Below are positions 1 to 13,776 of a stretch of 64,000 nucleotides of DNA, piece after piece. The notes under the pieces were generated by a model. That model searched no databases. It had not been told where the DNA came from and saw only the letters and a list, made by a program, of their open reading frames with translations. The first letter of the stretch is position 1; each line of letters begins with the position of its first letter. The position numbers and the translations under genes are program-made. Source of the DNA: Octopus sinensis (lineage: Eukaryota); assembly GCF_006345805.1 (NCBI RefSeq), contig NC_043026.1:9486001-9550000 (forward strand), given 5' to 3'.

Positions 1-212
1 AATGTGTTCTTAGCAAACTTTCTGGACTTCACTGGCTGGAGTGTCTACAAGATGAGTCTGTGAGGAAAATAAAATTGGATAAGTTTACTAGAGAGTATTC
101 AGACGAAAGTAACACTGGACAGAAATACAGCAGTTGAAATATTTGTAAACAAAACAGTGTAGAAGCAAAGAGAAGGAAAAAATATATCTATTGTAATTTT
201 GAAAGAAAAAAT

Positions 213-1163
213 ATGGAGAAGAGTGAGAAAGCAAAGGATTTGACTTTTCTAGAAGACAAAGTGAAGAAGAGACGTATATTGTCACACGAACTTGATGTCT
301 GTAAAAAGGCCTTCTCTGAAAAGGGTAACTTGAATAAGCACAAACGTATTCATACAGGAGAGAAGGCATTTCACTGTGACATCTGTGGTAGATCATTCTC
401 TGCAAATGGCAGATTGACTATACACAAATGTATTCATACAGGAGAGAAGCCATTTCACTGTGTCATCTGTGGTAAATCATTCTCTGACCGAAGTGTTTTC
501 ATTTCTCACAAGCGTATTCATACAGGAGAGAAGCCATATCAGTGTAACATCTGTAGTAAATCATTCTCCCAAAAGGGTGGCTTGGATAGGCACAAACATA
601 TTCATTCAGTTGAGACACCATATTCTTGTAATATCTGTGGCAAATCGCTCTCAAGCAAAAGAAGTTTAACTTCTCACAAACGTATTCATACGGGTGAGAA
701 GCCATATCGCTGCAACATCTGTAACAAGTCTTTCTCTGTAAGTAGTAATCTGACTATTCACAAGCGTATTCATAGAGGAGAGACACCTTATTCTTGTGAT
801 ATCTGTGGTAAATCATTCTCCCGAAATGACACATTAACTAATCACAAACGTTTCCATACAGGAGAGAAACCGTATCACTGTGATGTCTGTAATAAATCTT
901 TCTCTCAAAGAAGTACCCTAACTAATCACAAACGCATTCATACAGGAGAGAAGCCATTTCACTGTGAAATCTGTGGTAAATCATTCTTTCAACTTGGCAA
1001 CTTAGCTACTCATAAACGTTTCCATACAGGAGAGAAGCCATACCACTGTGATATCTGTGGTAAATCATTCTGTACAAGTTACGAATTGCTTGTACTCAAA
1101 CGTATTCATACAGGAGAGAAGCCAAAGAACTACCTGGTTTTTAACAGTGAGAACATCAGATAA
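213..1163 (+). CDS. C2H2 zinc-finger gene copy 0, 3'-truncated (10 finger units; first and last degenerate)
   Basis: 316-aa ORF of CxxC...HxxxH repeats with TGEKP linkers. Homology to the other copies stops after GGAGAGAAGCCA at ~1123 and the ORF ends in unrelated KNYLVFNSENIR*. The last finger has His->Leu (ELLVLKRIH). Confidence 0.85.
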   Translation: MEKSEKAKDLTFLEDKVKKRRILSHELDVCKKAFSEKGNLNKHKRIHTGEKAFHCDICGRSFSANGRLTIHKCIHTGEKPFHCVICGKSFSDRSVFISHKRIHTGEKPYQCNICSKSFSQKGGLDRHKHIHSVETPYSCNICGKSLSSKRSLTSHKRIHTGEKPYRCNICNKSFSVSSNLTIHKRIHRGETPYSCDICGKSFSRNDTLTNHKRFHTGEKPYHCDVCNKSFSQRSTLTNHKRIHTGEKPFHCEICGKSFFQLGNLATHKRFHTGEKPYHCDICGKSFCTSYELLVLKRIHTGEKPKNYLVFNSENIR

Positions 1164-1452
1164 AATATATTATTGACATTAATAGTTTGTACTTCAGCTA
1201 ATTGTCGAGAACTACATAATCCATGTTCCATTTTACTGAAAGATTTAAAAGGCATACTTAAATTTCATTAGTTTCAACAACCTGGGAAACACTAGGTTAT
1301 TAATGCATAAAGTTGGTACCTTAGCTACGGGGAAGTAACACCTCTGTAATCTATCTTAGGTTAGTGATCTAAAAGGTATATTGAAAATTTGTTATTTTCC
1401 GTAAGTGGGCAATACCAGGTATTTCTGCTAGTATATATATATATATATATAT

Positions 1453-3927
1453 ATCATCATCATCATCATCATCATCATTTAACGTCCGCTTTCCATGCTA
1501 GCATGGGTTGGACGGTTCAACTGGGGTCTGGGTAGCCCGAAGGCTGCACCAGGCCAGTCAGATCTGGCAGTGTTTCTACAGCTGGATGCCCTTCCTAACG
1601 CCAACCACTCCGAGAGTGTAGTGGGTGATTTTATGTGCCTCCGACACAGGTGCCAGACGAGGCTGGCGAATGGCCATGCTCGGATGGTGTTTTTTATGTG
1701 TCACCGACACAGGTGCCAGACGAGGCTGGCAGACGGCCACACTCGGATGGTGTTTTTTATGTGCCACCGACACAGGTGCCAGATGAGGCTGGCGAACGGC
1801 CACAACGGATGGTGTTATGCGGTACTGGCTACGGCCACGTTCGGATGGTTTCCTTGTGTGCCACCGGCACTGGTACCACAAAGATACAAATTCCATTGAT
1901 GTTCATCTATTTTGATTTGGTTTGATTTTCACTTGCCTCAACAGGTCTTAACAAGTGTCACAAGAAGGAAGGTATGCACAGGTGGACTGACTACGTCCCA
2001 GGTAGGGGCCACGGGTTATGGCCTGACTAGTCTTGCCGGGTCTTCTCACGCACAGCATACTTCCATAGGTCTTGATCTCTAGTCATTTCCTTGGTGAGAC
2101 CTAAAGTTCGAAGGTCGTGCTTCACCACCTTGTCCCAGGTTTTCCTGGGTCTACCTCTTCCACAGGTTCCCTCAACTGCTAGGGTGTAGCACTTTTGCAC
2201 ACAACTATCTTCAGCCATTCTCGTCACATGACCATTTCAGCGCAGCCGTCTCTCTTGCACACCACAACTGACACTTCTTAGGTTCAACTTTTCTCTCAGG
2301 GTACTTATACTCTGACGATTATGAACACTGACATTACACATCCATCGGAGCATATTGGCTTCATTTCTTGTGAGCTTACGCATATCCTCAGCAGTCACGG
2401 CCCATGTTTCACTACCATGTAGCATGGCTGTACGTACACATGCATCATACAGTCTGCCTTTTACTCTTAGCGAGAGGCCTTTTGTCACCAGCAGGGGTAA
2501 GAGCTCTCTAAACTTTGCCCAGGCTATTCTTACTCTAGCAGTTACACTTTCAGCACACACCCACCCCCGCTACTGACTTGGTCTCCTAGGTAGCAGAAGC
2601 TATCAACTACTTCTAGTTTGTCTCCTTGGAACGTGGTAGAAGTTGGTCTCTGCACATTTCCAGTGTTTATTGCTCCTGAGCATCTGCCACAGACAAAAAC
2701 TATTTTCCTAGTTAGCCTTCCTTTGACATTGCTGCACCTCTTATGTGTCCATAGCTTACACTTGGTGCACCTTATAGAGTTTCTACCTACACCTTTTTTA
2801 CAGATCGAGCAGGGCCATCTACCTGAAGTCGTTTGTGATTGGTTCACCTTCTTACTTATTAGGACTTTGGTTTTGGCTAGGTTGATTCTAAGGCCCTTCA
2901 ATTCTAATCCTTGTTTCCACACCTGAAACTTCTCCTCCAGTTCTGATAGTGACTCAGCAATTAGAGCAAGGTCATCAGCATAGAGGAGCTCCCAGGGGGA
3001 TCCTGTCTTGAATTCCTCCGTTATTGCCTGGAGGACTATGATAAATAGGTGGGGACTGAGGACTGAACCTTGGTGGACCCCAACCTCTACTCGGAATTCT
3101 TCACTGTACTCGTTGCCAACCCTCACCTTACTAGCAGCGTCTCTGTACATGGCTTGCACAGCTCTCACTAACCATTCATCTATCCCTAGTTTCCTCATTG
3201 ACCACCAGATAAGGGATCGGGGGACCCTGTCAAAGGCTTTCTCCAAGTCAACAAAAGCCAGGTACAAGGGCTTATCTTTGGCTAGGTATTTCTCCTGCAG
3301 CTGTCTTACCAGGAATATAGCATCAGTAGTACTTTTCCCTGGCACGAACCCAAACTGCATATCATCTAAGCTAACTCTCTCTCTAATTAATTGGGCTATA
3401 ACCCTCTCCGTAACCTTCATTACCTGATCCAGCAGCTTGATGCCCCTGTAGTTATTTGTATCTAGGGTGTCACCTTTACCTTTGTAGCAGTTGACTATTA
3501 TGCTGCTACACCAGTCATTGGGTATGACTCCTTCGTGTATCACCTGGTTAACTATACGGGTGACTATGCTATAGCCGACACTACCAGATATTTTGAGCAT
3601 CCCTGCAGTAATTCCTGATGGGCCTGGGGCTTTCCCTGTTTTCATGCTTGTAATTGCCTTAACTACTAAGGAACTGTTAACTCGGATTGCTGGTCCCTCT
3701 GTTGGGTCGACATTCAGCAGACTCTCTTTATCCCATTCATTTTCCTCATTCAGCAACCTTTCATAGTGGCGTCTCCAAGCCTCTCTCTTGGCATCCTCAT
3801 TTAGCGCAAGTGAACCGTCATCCTTGCGAACACATTTCTCTCCTACCACGTCACGATTCTCTCTCACACACTGTCTTGCAACACGAAATGCCTCAAGTCT
3901 TTCATCCTCACAGCGCAGGACATTGGC
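1453..3927 (-). mobile_element. RTE-clade LINE, 5'-truncated, with disrupted RT ORF, long 3' UTR and (ATG)n tail
   Basis: ORFs 2542-3867, 2237-2560 and 2027-2227 form one RT reading frame (KAPGPSG, FVDLEKAFDRV, GVHQGSVLSP, LLYADDL, MLHGSETW, RGRPRKTW). It is broken by a TG-slip frameshift at ~2555 and a TGA at 2237-2239. The 3' UTR has ~60-bp subrepeats and ends in GGACGTTAAA(TGA)n. (TA)n lies on both flanks. Confidence 0.9.
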
Positions 3928-3959
<32 letters not shown>

Positions 3960-3967
3960 TATATATA

Positions 3968-5271
3968 AATCCTTAAATCCTTAAAAATGTATTAGCCTGA
4001 AGGCCGCAGCCATGCTGGGGCACCACCGCTGAATGAACTACACTAATTTGTGAATCTACTTCTGATATGTGGCACTTGATCAACAAGGGAGTTCGATGCT
4101 GCTGCCCGCGTCCGCATCTCCTGTCGTGAGGTAGGTTCATCTGGGACTCCCGACAAGAAGAGATCCAGTTTAGTTTTAAAGAAACCCACATCCACACCAT
4201 GTAAGTCTCTCAGGCATTTAGGGAGGATGTTAAAGAGCTGTGGTCCTCTGAAACCCAAGCTGTTGCAGTATCTAGACCTGTATTTTGATGGTGATGTTGG
4301 AATCTTTGGCACCATGCAGTGGCGCCCCGTTCTGCGGTTGGGGTAACTTTGAATGCCAAAGTTTGGGACAAGACCCTCCAGGATTTTCCAGATGTATATC
4401 ACCGCATATCTCTCCGCCTCCGCTCTAGGGAGAAGAGGTTTAATACCTTCAGTCTTTCCCAGTAGCTGATATTTTGCATTGAGACGATTTTCTTTGTGTA
4501 GCTTCTCTGAATTGCTTCAAGTTCTGCTGTTAGTTTTATATTGTGTGGTGACCACAGTTGGGAGCAGTAGTCCAAGCGGCTGAGGACGAATGTTTTCCAT
4601 AGGACCATCAGTGTCTCCTTCTCTCTTGTTCTGAAAGTTCGGAGAATCCATCCAGCTAGCCGTCTGCATTTCATCACCAGATTAGCAATATGCATTTGGA
4701 AAGATGCATCATTGCTCATGTCAATGCCCAGGTCACGCACTGATTTTGACTCAGGGATTGCAATTCTTCCTGGGCCAGTGTATCCAGTCTGCACGTCGTT
4801 TACCTTTGTGTGCCGGTAGCACAGGGCCTGGAACTTACCTGCATTAAATTGCATGTTGTTGTCCTCAGCCTACCTGTATATTGAATCCAACTCCTGTTGG
4901 AGATGCGCAATATTTTCAGGGTTTTGTATTGCGTGGGAGACTTTTGTGTCATCTGCATAGCTAGCAAGGGTGGTCATCGTAGCAACTGAAGGCATGTCTG
5001 AAAGGGCCACTACGAACATCAGTGGCCCCAAGACAGTGCCCTGTGGGACACCGCTTGTTACTTGCGTTTCCTTGCTCAGAACTGCCTGTTCTCTGTCTTT
5101 TAGGAAGTTGTGCAGCCACTCTCCAAGTTCTCCACCTGTGACAGATCATACCATGGTCGACCTTATCAAAGGCTTTTGCAAAGTCGAGATATATTACATC
5201 CACATTTGAGCCATTTAGTAGCTGTTTCAACACCCAGTCATAGTGTTGCAGGAGCTGTGTTAGGCAGCCTC
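3968..5271 (-). mobile_element. CR1-type LINE fragment (RT C-terminal part and 3' end), degraded
   Basis: Motifs YLDFAKAFDKVDH, GVPQGTVLGP, SYADDTK, SRLDYCSQLWSP and SLERRR..YIWKILEGLVPN occur across ORFs 4961-5233, 4399-4854 and 4043-4402. There are an internal deletion and stops. The 3' end is a short (TTAAGGAT)x2 repeat, and (TA)n flanks both sides. Confidence 0.8.

Positions 5272-5363
<92 letters not shown>
5272..5363. repeat. (TA)n microsatellite
   Basis: Direct reading. Confidence 0.95.
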
Positions 5364-5364
<1 letters not shown>

Positions 5365-6002
5365 GTTAAAAGATGGGACAATTAAATTAGTACCCAATTT
5401 TTTCACCCTTATTAGTTGAGTATATATATATATATATATGTGTGTGTGGTGTGTGTGTATTTATTTTTAAATGTGAATGTGTAGCTGGAGTTTAGAAATA
5501 TTTTAGCTTCACATAAGATTTTTAAATGTAAATTTTAATAAATTTAAAATTCTGTTGTTCAGGTAAATGCTTATTTCTAGAATTTACCTCTATGGAAATG
5601 TTGAATCTGTATTTTTTTCAGTAGCCTCTCTATCTTACACTGTTGTTTCTTTATTGTTTCAGAATATCAGATGACATTGGCATAACTGAAGACACATTCT
5701 CATTATTTATCAGCTTTTAAAGACCAAAATATTGTACAGAACAGATATATAAGATTGTTTCTGAAAATGTGTTATAGAATTCCACTTTGAAATGTGTTCT
5801 TAGCAAACTTTCTGGACTTCACTGGCTGGAGTGTCTACAAGATGTGTCTGTGTGGAAATTAAACTTGGATAAGTTTACTAGAGAGTATTCAGACAAAAGT
5901 AACACTGGACAGAAATACAGCAGTTGAAATATTTGTAAACAAAACAGTGTAGAAGCAAGGAGAAGGAAAAAATATATCTATCGTGATTTTCAAAGAAATA
6001 AA

Positions 6003-8231
<2,229 letters not shown>

Positions 8232-11200
8232 GAAACCTTTTCTCTGTGAGTGGTGACTGAACCCTTTACCATGCAGGTTATTCTGTCGAATGTGATGTTT
8301 ATTTTTCACATTATTTTCAACTTGTCTTACATTATCTCACAGCTTTCAAGTTTTTACTATATGATTGTTTGTATTTAGAATGACATTGTAGGGTAGGTGC
8401 AAGAGGCCAACTCTAGTTTATAGACCGTAAGATAGATAGAAAATTTGGACCAGGTATGGCCACTTTAAATGCTAAAGAGCTAACCCTACAAGTACAACAA
8501 TTTCTTACTTCCTACAAGGACCATAGGGGGCCATTTTTGACTGTCATTGAAAATCACATTAATACAATTTATTTAAAATATCAGCAAATGCATTGAATAA
8601 AGGATTTGAAAATACATTCTTTTAGCATTTATTTACATGTGAAAAATATATATCTATGCACATATACTTGATATGATGCTCATGATTGCACATTCAATAT
8701 ACAGTTGTAGAAATTAAAAGTAATAAGCAGAATTGGTGAAAAATGACCGCTCGGTACTTCTGGTGTTAACTAAATGTGTATCTATTCATATAGATGTATG
8801 ACTATCAATGTGACAATTCATAAGAACAATAAGCATTTTGAGCTTCTAAAATTGTGGTAGTGTTGTGGGCTTTCTCCATGGCATTAACCAAACTATTCAT
8901 CAGGGAATTGTTGTAATTGTGGAGTTCCTTCTATGCCAAAACAAAGAATAAGGGACACACTCTCTAACTATAAATGTAATCACCCAGGAGAGGAGATAGA
9001 GCTGTGTGTGATAACAGCCTCCTAACTCCAGAGTTTATTTCACCACATCTCAGGTATCTCACCTGTGGGATATTTTTTTTTTATTAAAAGCAACTTTTTT
9101 GCATATTTTAAATTTTGTCCTGCATGAATTTTAAGAATCTGTTAAAAAAACCAGGGTGTGGCCGTGTGGTATGAACCTTGCTTCCTATGCAAGGCGGCCA
9201 GCTGGCAGAACCGTTAGCATGCCGGGCGAAACGCTTTGCGGTAATTCATCTGCCGCTAACGTTCTGAGTTCAAATTCGGCTGAGGTCGAGTTTGGCTTTC
9301 GTGTTTTCGGGGTCGATTAAATATGTACCAGTTACGCACTGGGGACGATATAATCGACAATTCGTTTGTCTTTCCTTGTTTGTCCTCTCTGTTTTAGCCC
9401 CTTGTGCTTAGTAAGAAATAGGTATGAACCAACTGCATGCTTCTGGGATCAGTCCCACTACATGGCACCTTATGCAAGTCTATTCTACTAGAACATTAAG
9501 CCGAACAAACCCTTGTGAGTGGTTTTTTTAGAGGGAAACTGAAAGAAACCCAACATTTATATTTATAGGAAGCATATTGTCTTCCTGGCTATTAATCTTT
9601 AACCCTTTCGTTACTAACCGGCTCTGGCTCTGAGTACAAATGTCTTGTTTTCAGAAGTTTTGAATTCAAATCTTCCACCAAATCTTAGTCACAATATATG
9701 CTCCTAACACTAGCTCAATGGTAACTAAGTTATTTTACTAAATCTTTGTTATATTTAAAGTAATTGAAAGAAACAGAGCATCTCAAAATAAATACAGTAA
9801 CGAAAGTGTTAAATTATTACAAATGAGAAGGTACATAAAGCAAGTGAAATTGCAAGCACTGAAGATACTAGTTTCTCTTCCGGACCACCACTCATTATAT
9901 AAGGAATAGTCCTTACCGTTTTTGTGCAGAGAGAAAGAAGGAGAGATGGAGATGAGATCAGGACAACTGATGCTGCCCAGCACACAGAACCAAACCAGGA
10001 AGATGCTACAGAATTTCACTGTGATACAACTTCCACCGTTCCAGATAGAGTTTGTTAAAACTTGCCAAACCTGTTACTTCACAATATGTAAGACATTTGC
10101 CATGTATTTTTATAAAGGGTTGTAATAAATAAATCGCATTGAATTTACGTGGTTCTTCTTGTCATTCTTTGTATTCGGTAACTCCAGGCAGACAGACTAG
10201 ACCAGTGAATGCATAACCACACACAGGTACATCAAGATGAACCAGCCACAGTTAACTCGCAAGCAAAACTCATAACCAATGCTACAGAATTTCAACTGTG
10301 ATACAACTCCCACTGTTCCAGATAGAGTCGTTAAAAAAACTCACACCCCTACACTCTAATCATGCTTCCTTTGCAGTGTCCTATTCCTTTACTACCCACA
10401 GGGATTAAACACAGAGAGGAGACAAACAAGGACAGACAAAGGGATTAAGTCGATTACATCGACTCCAGTGCGTAACTGGTACTTATTTAATTGACCCCGA
10501 AAGGATGTCGACCTCAGCGGAATTTGAACTCAGAGCCTAACGTTCCTGCCAGCTCGCCACATTTACAGTATCTTGTCCCCTTATTATGACGTTTGAACCT
10601 TAAGGGTATGTCCTGGCCCTTGCCACCATCTATATCTCTTTCTTCCCTTACTCAACCATCCCCATTTATGTTCTGATCCCCTCCCTAGTGAATACGCCCA
10701 TCATTTTGCCAGTATCTCCATCGTGTTGTCTCCCACCCTCTATCTCCTTCTCCTGCATTTCCCTCAGGCTGGGTAACCATGTATATCCTTTGTGGCGGCA
10801 CACCTGTTTCTGTCTTCATTCCTCATCTCTCTCTCTTTCTCTCTGGCCTGGTAAACTTGTACTTCCTCTACAGCAAACGGAGATCACAACAACCGATGCT
10901 GCCCCAACACAGAACCAAACCATGAAGATGCTACAGAATTTCAACTGTGATACAACTCCCACTGTTCCAGATAGAGTTTGTTAAAACTTGCCAAACCTGT
11001 TACTTCACAATATGTAAGACATTTGCCATGTATTTTTATAAGGGGTTGTAATAAATAACAGTCCTAGATCTTCTTGTCATTTGTTTATTTATGGTAACTC
11101 CAGGGACATACCGACACACCAGTTAATGCATAATCCAGAATGATTAGAATTTTATTTTTGTCAGCGTCGCCTGACTGGCGTCTGTCGTGACACTTAAAAG

Positions 11201-11857
11201 CACCAACCGATCGTGGCTGTTTGCCAGCCTTCCCTGGCTCCTGTGGTGGCACGTAAAAATCACCCACTACACTCACGGAGTGGTTGGCGTTAGGAAGGGC
11301 ATCCAGCTGTAGAAACACTGCCAATCAGACTAAGCTCCGTGGCTTACCAGACCCCGGTCGAACCTTCCACCCATGCTAGCACTTAAAACGGACGTTAAAC
11401 GATGATGGTGATGATGATGATATATATTATATAGATAGATAATATATATAACACACACGTTAATGATAGGTAGAAGTTACAGAGTGACAATGGCCAAATT
11501 CGTGTCTCATGAGTGCCATACATGAAACTCTCAGCTTTTGACTCACTCTCAAACTTCTGCCGATGATATATATATATACGTACGTATAGGTGTCAAAAAT
11601 CTCATCACGCAATCAAACCAATGAAAGAGCCTCTACCTGGCCGCTCGACACGCTAAAAATAGCAGCCAAAGTATCCCCCTATCTAAATCACACGTCAGAT
11701 TGAATCGATCCAGTAGGCAGGGTGCACCTTTTCTACGTATGCCGAAACTACGGGGAAGTCGACTGTGCCTTTTACCGTTTCGGGGTCAGTTTTGCCTTTC
11801 GCCTTTTTTGGCGGGTCAATAAAATAAATTACCAGTTGACTACTAAGGTTCGTTAGT

Positions 11858-12240
11858 GGAGGCGCAATGGCCCAGTGGTTAGGGCAGCGGACTCGCGGTC
11901 ATAGGATTGCGGTTTCGATTCACAGATCGGGCGTTGTGAGTATTTATTGAGCGAAAACACCTAAAAGCTCCACGAGGCTCCGGCAGCGGATGGTGGTGAT
12001 CCCTGCTGTACTCTTTCACCACACTTTCTCTCACTCTTACTTCCTGTTTCTGTTGTACCTGTATTTCAAGGGGCCGGCCTTGTCACTCTCTGTGTCACGC
12101 TGAATATCCCCGAGAACTACGTTAAGGGTGCACGTGTCTGTGGAGTATTCAGCCACTTACACGCTAATTTCACGAGCAGGCTGTTCCGTTGATTCGGATC
12201 AACCGGAACCCTCGTCATCGTAACCGACGGAGTGCTTCCA
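11858..12240 (+). mobile_element. tRNA-derived SINE family A (unit 1 copy)
   Basis: Head GGAGGCGCAATGGCCCAGTGGTTAGGGCAGCGGACTCGCGG...GGTTTCGATT with Pol III A and B boxes; same position in all units. Confidence 0.8.
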
Positions 12241-12332
12241 TCCACTGAGGTTCGTGTAATCGACTTAGGCACCCCCCCTCTCCTCACCGAAATTGCTGGC
12301 CTTGTGACAAAAGGTGAAATGAATATTTCATA

Positions 12333-12514
12333 CGCATGCGCACTAAACATATATCCGCCTCATTCCTGAAATCTCTGAAATCCGCCTCATTCCTGAAATC
12401 TCTGATGCCAGAATTTCTCTCAATTCACTCCCAAACACATTTATAATACATTTCTCAACCACCTGAAGCACTTCTAACAACAACACCATCCTTTATAAAG
12501 ACATTTCCGTAAGT
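12333..12514 (+). promoter_or_regulatory. Putative promoter, non-coding exon 1 and splice donor of ZNF copy 2
   Basis: CGCATGCGCA at 12333-12342; donor CC|GTAAGT at 12509; polypyrimidine acceptor CAG| at 15663 upstream of the ATG. Confidence 0.55.
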
Positions 12515-13085
12515 ATTAAACAACGAAATCGTTTAATCTTTCAATACTTTGGTGTTTTAGATGTCCTTTGATGCGTGCGACATTTGGCTGCTATTTCTAG
12601 CTATGGCGGCAACCTCCTACACGCTCCATCGTTTCCCCATGTGTTTTTCCCACCCCCTACGAATCCCGATCTTGTCTCCAATGAGTGTAGCGGGTGCTTT
12701 TTACGTGCCACCGGCCCGGGGCCAGTCGGGGCTGGCAGCGGACACGAACGGATGGTGCTTTTACGTGCCACCGGGGCGGGGCCGGCAACGACCACGATCG
12801 GATGGTTCGCTTAACCACTGCTGCAACTTCCACTGATGTTGATCGACCTCGATTTTGGTTCTGCTTCTGATATCTGATTTCATTTCCTTTGATTTTGATT
12901 GTTCTCACCGTGTGTGTGTGTGTGTACTCTTTACTCTTTTACTTTTTAATCGAGCAACTCGACCCCGGGACTTATACTTTTGGAAGCCCAGTACTTATTC
13001 TATGGGTCTCTTTTGCCGAAGCGCCAAGTAACGGGGACATAAACACCAGCATCGGTTATCAAGCAATGCTAGGGGACAAACACAA

Positions 13086-13121
<36 letters not shown>

Positions 13122-13122
<1 letters not shown>

Positions 13123-13368
13123 AATATTATTAGAGACAAAACCACTATTTTGCAAAACAAACAAGGAAAGACTTAATCAATACATAAAATTTTAAAACTT
13201 CATAATTTGTAACTGACTTGTAAATTGGAAGTCCACCTGTAGATTGTCGATCAAGACAAGAAACGATTGTAGTGGCGGTTTTTTTGACTATTTATTAAAA
13301 TTTTATGTATTGATTAAGTCTTTCCTTGTTTGTTTTGCAAAATAGTGGTTTTGTCTCTAATAATATTT
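13122..13368. mobile_element. MITE-like foldback element, 74-bp perfect inverted arms
   Basis: 13122-13195 is the reverse complement of 13295-13368 (99-bp spacer); absent from the other units. Confidence 0.7.
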
Positions 13369-13453
13369 TATAATATTTTACTATAAAATTGGATTTAATC
13401 CTAAATCTGATTTTTTTCCCCCTGTAAATTTGGATTTATTCCCTAATATTTAT

Positions 13454-13490
<37 letters not shown>

Positions 13491-13491
13491 C

Positions 13492-13728
13492 GGTACTTGT
13501 CAAGTGTAGTGGTCCCGGTAACGCACACGCGAATTCGCGCGCGCGCGCCAGACGCAAGTACTCGATACTCAAGATCCTACGAGGTGAGTTGCGCGATTCG
13601 CGCATGCGCATCCCCCCCCCCCGATGGTGGTGTGAGGTTCTAATTTTTTTTTCTGATCTCCCTTTGCCCCCCTAGATGGAGGTGTGGTGGGGAGACAGAT
13701 GAAAGATGTCTCATTCTCTACTATATAC

Positions 13729-13776
<48 letters not shown>

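Noticed and set aside
11858-11935. tRNA-like sequences at SINE heads
   Set aside because: A and B boxes are present, but there is no complete cloverleaf or acceptor stem and each runs into a SINE body; not called as tRNA genes
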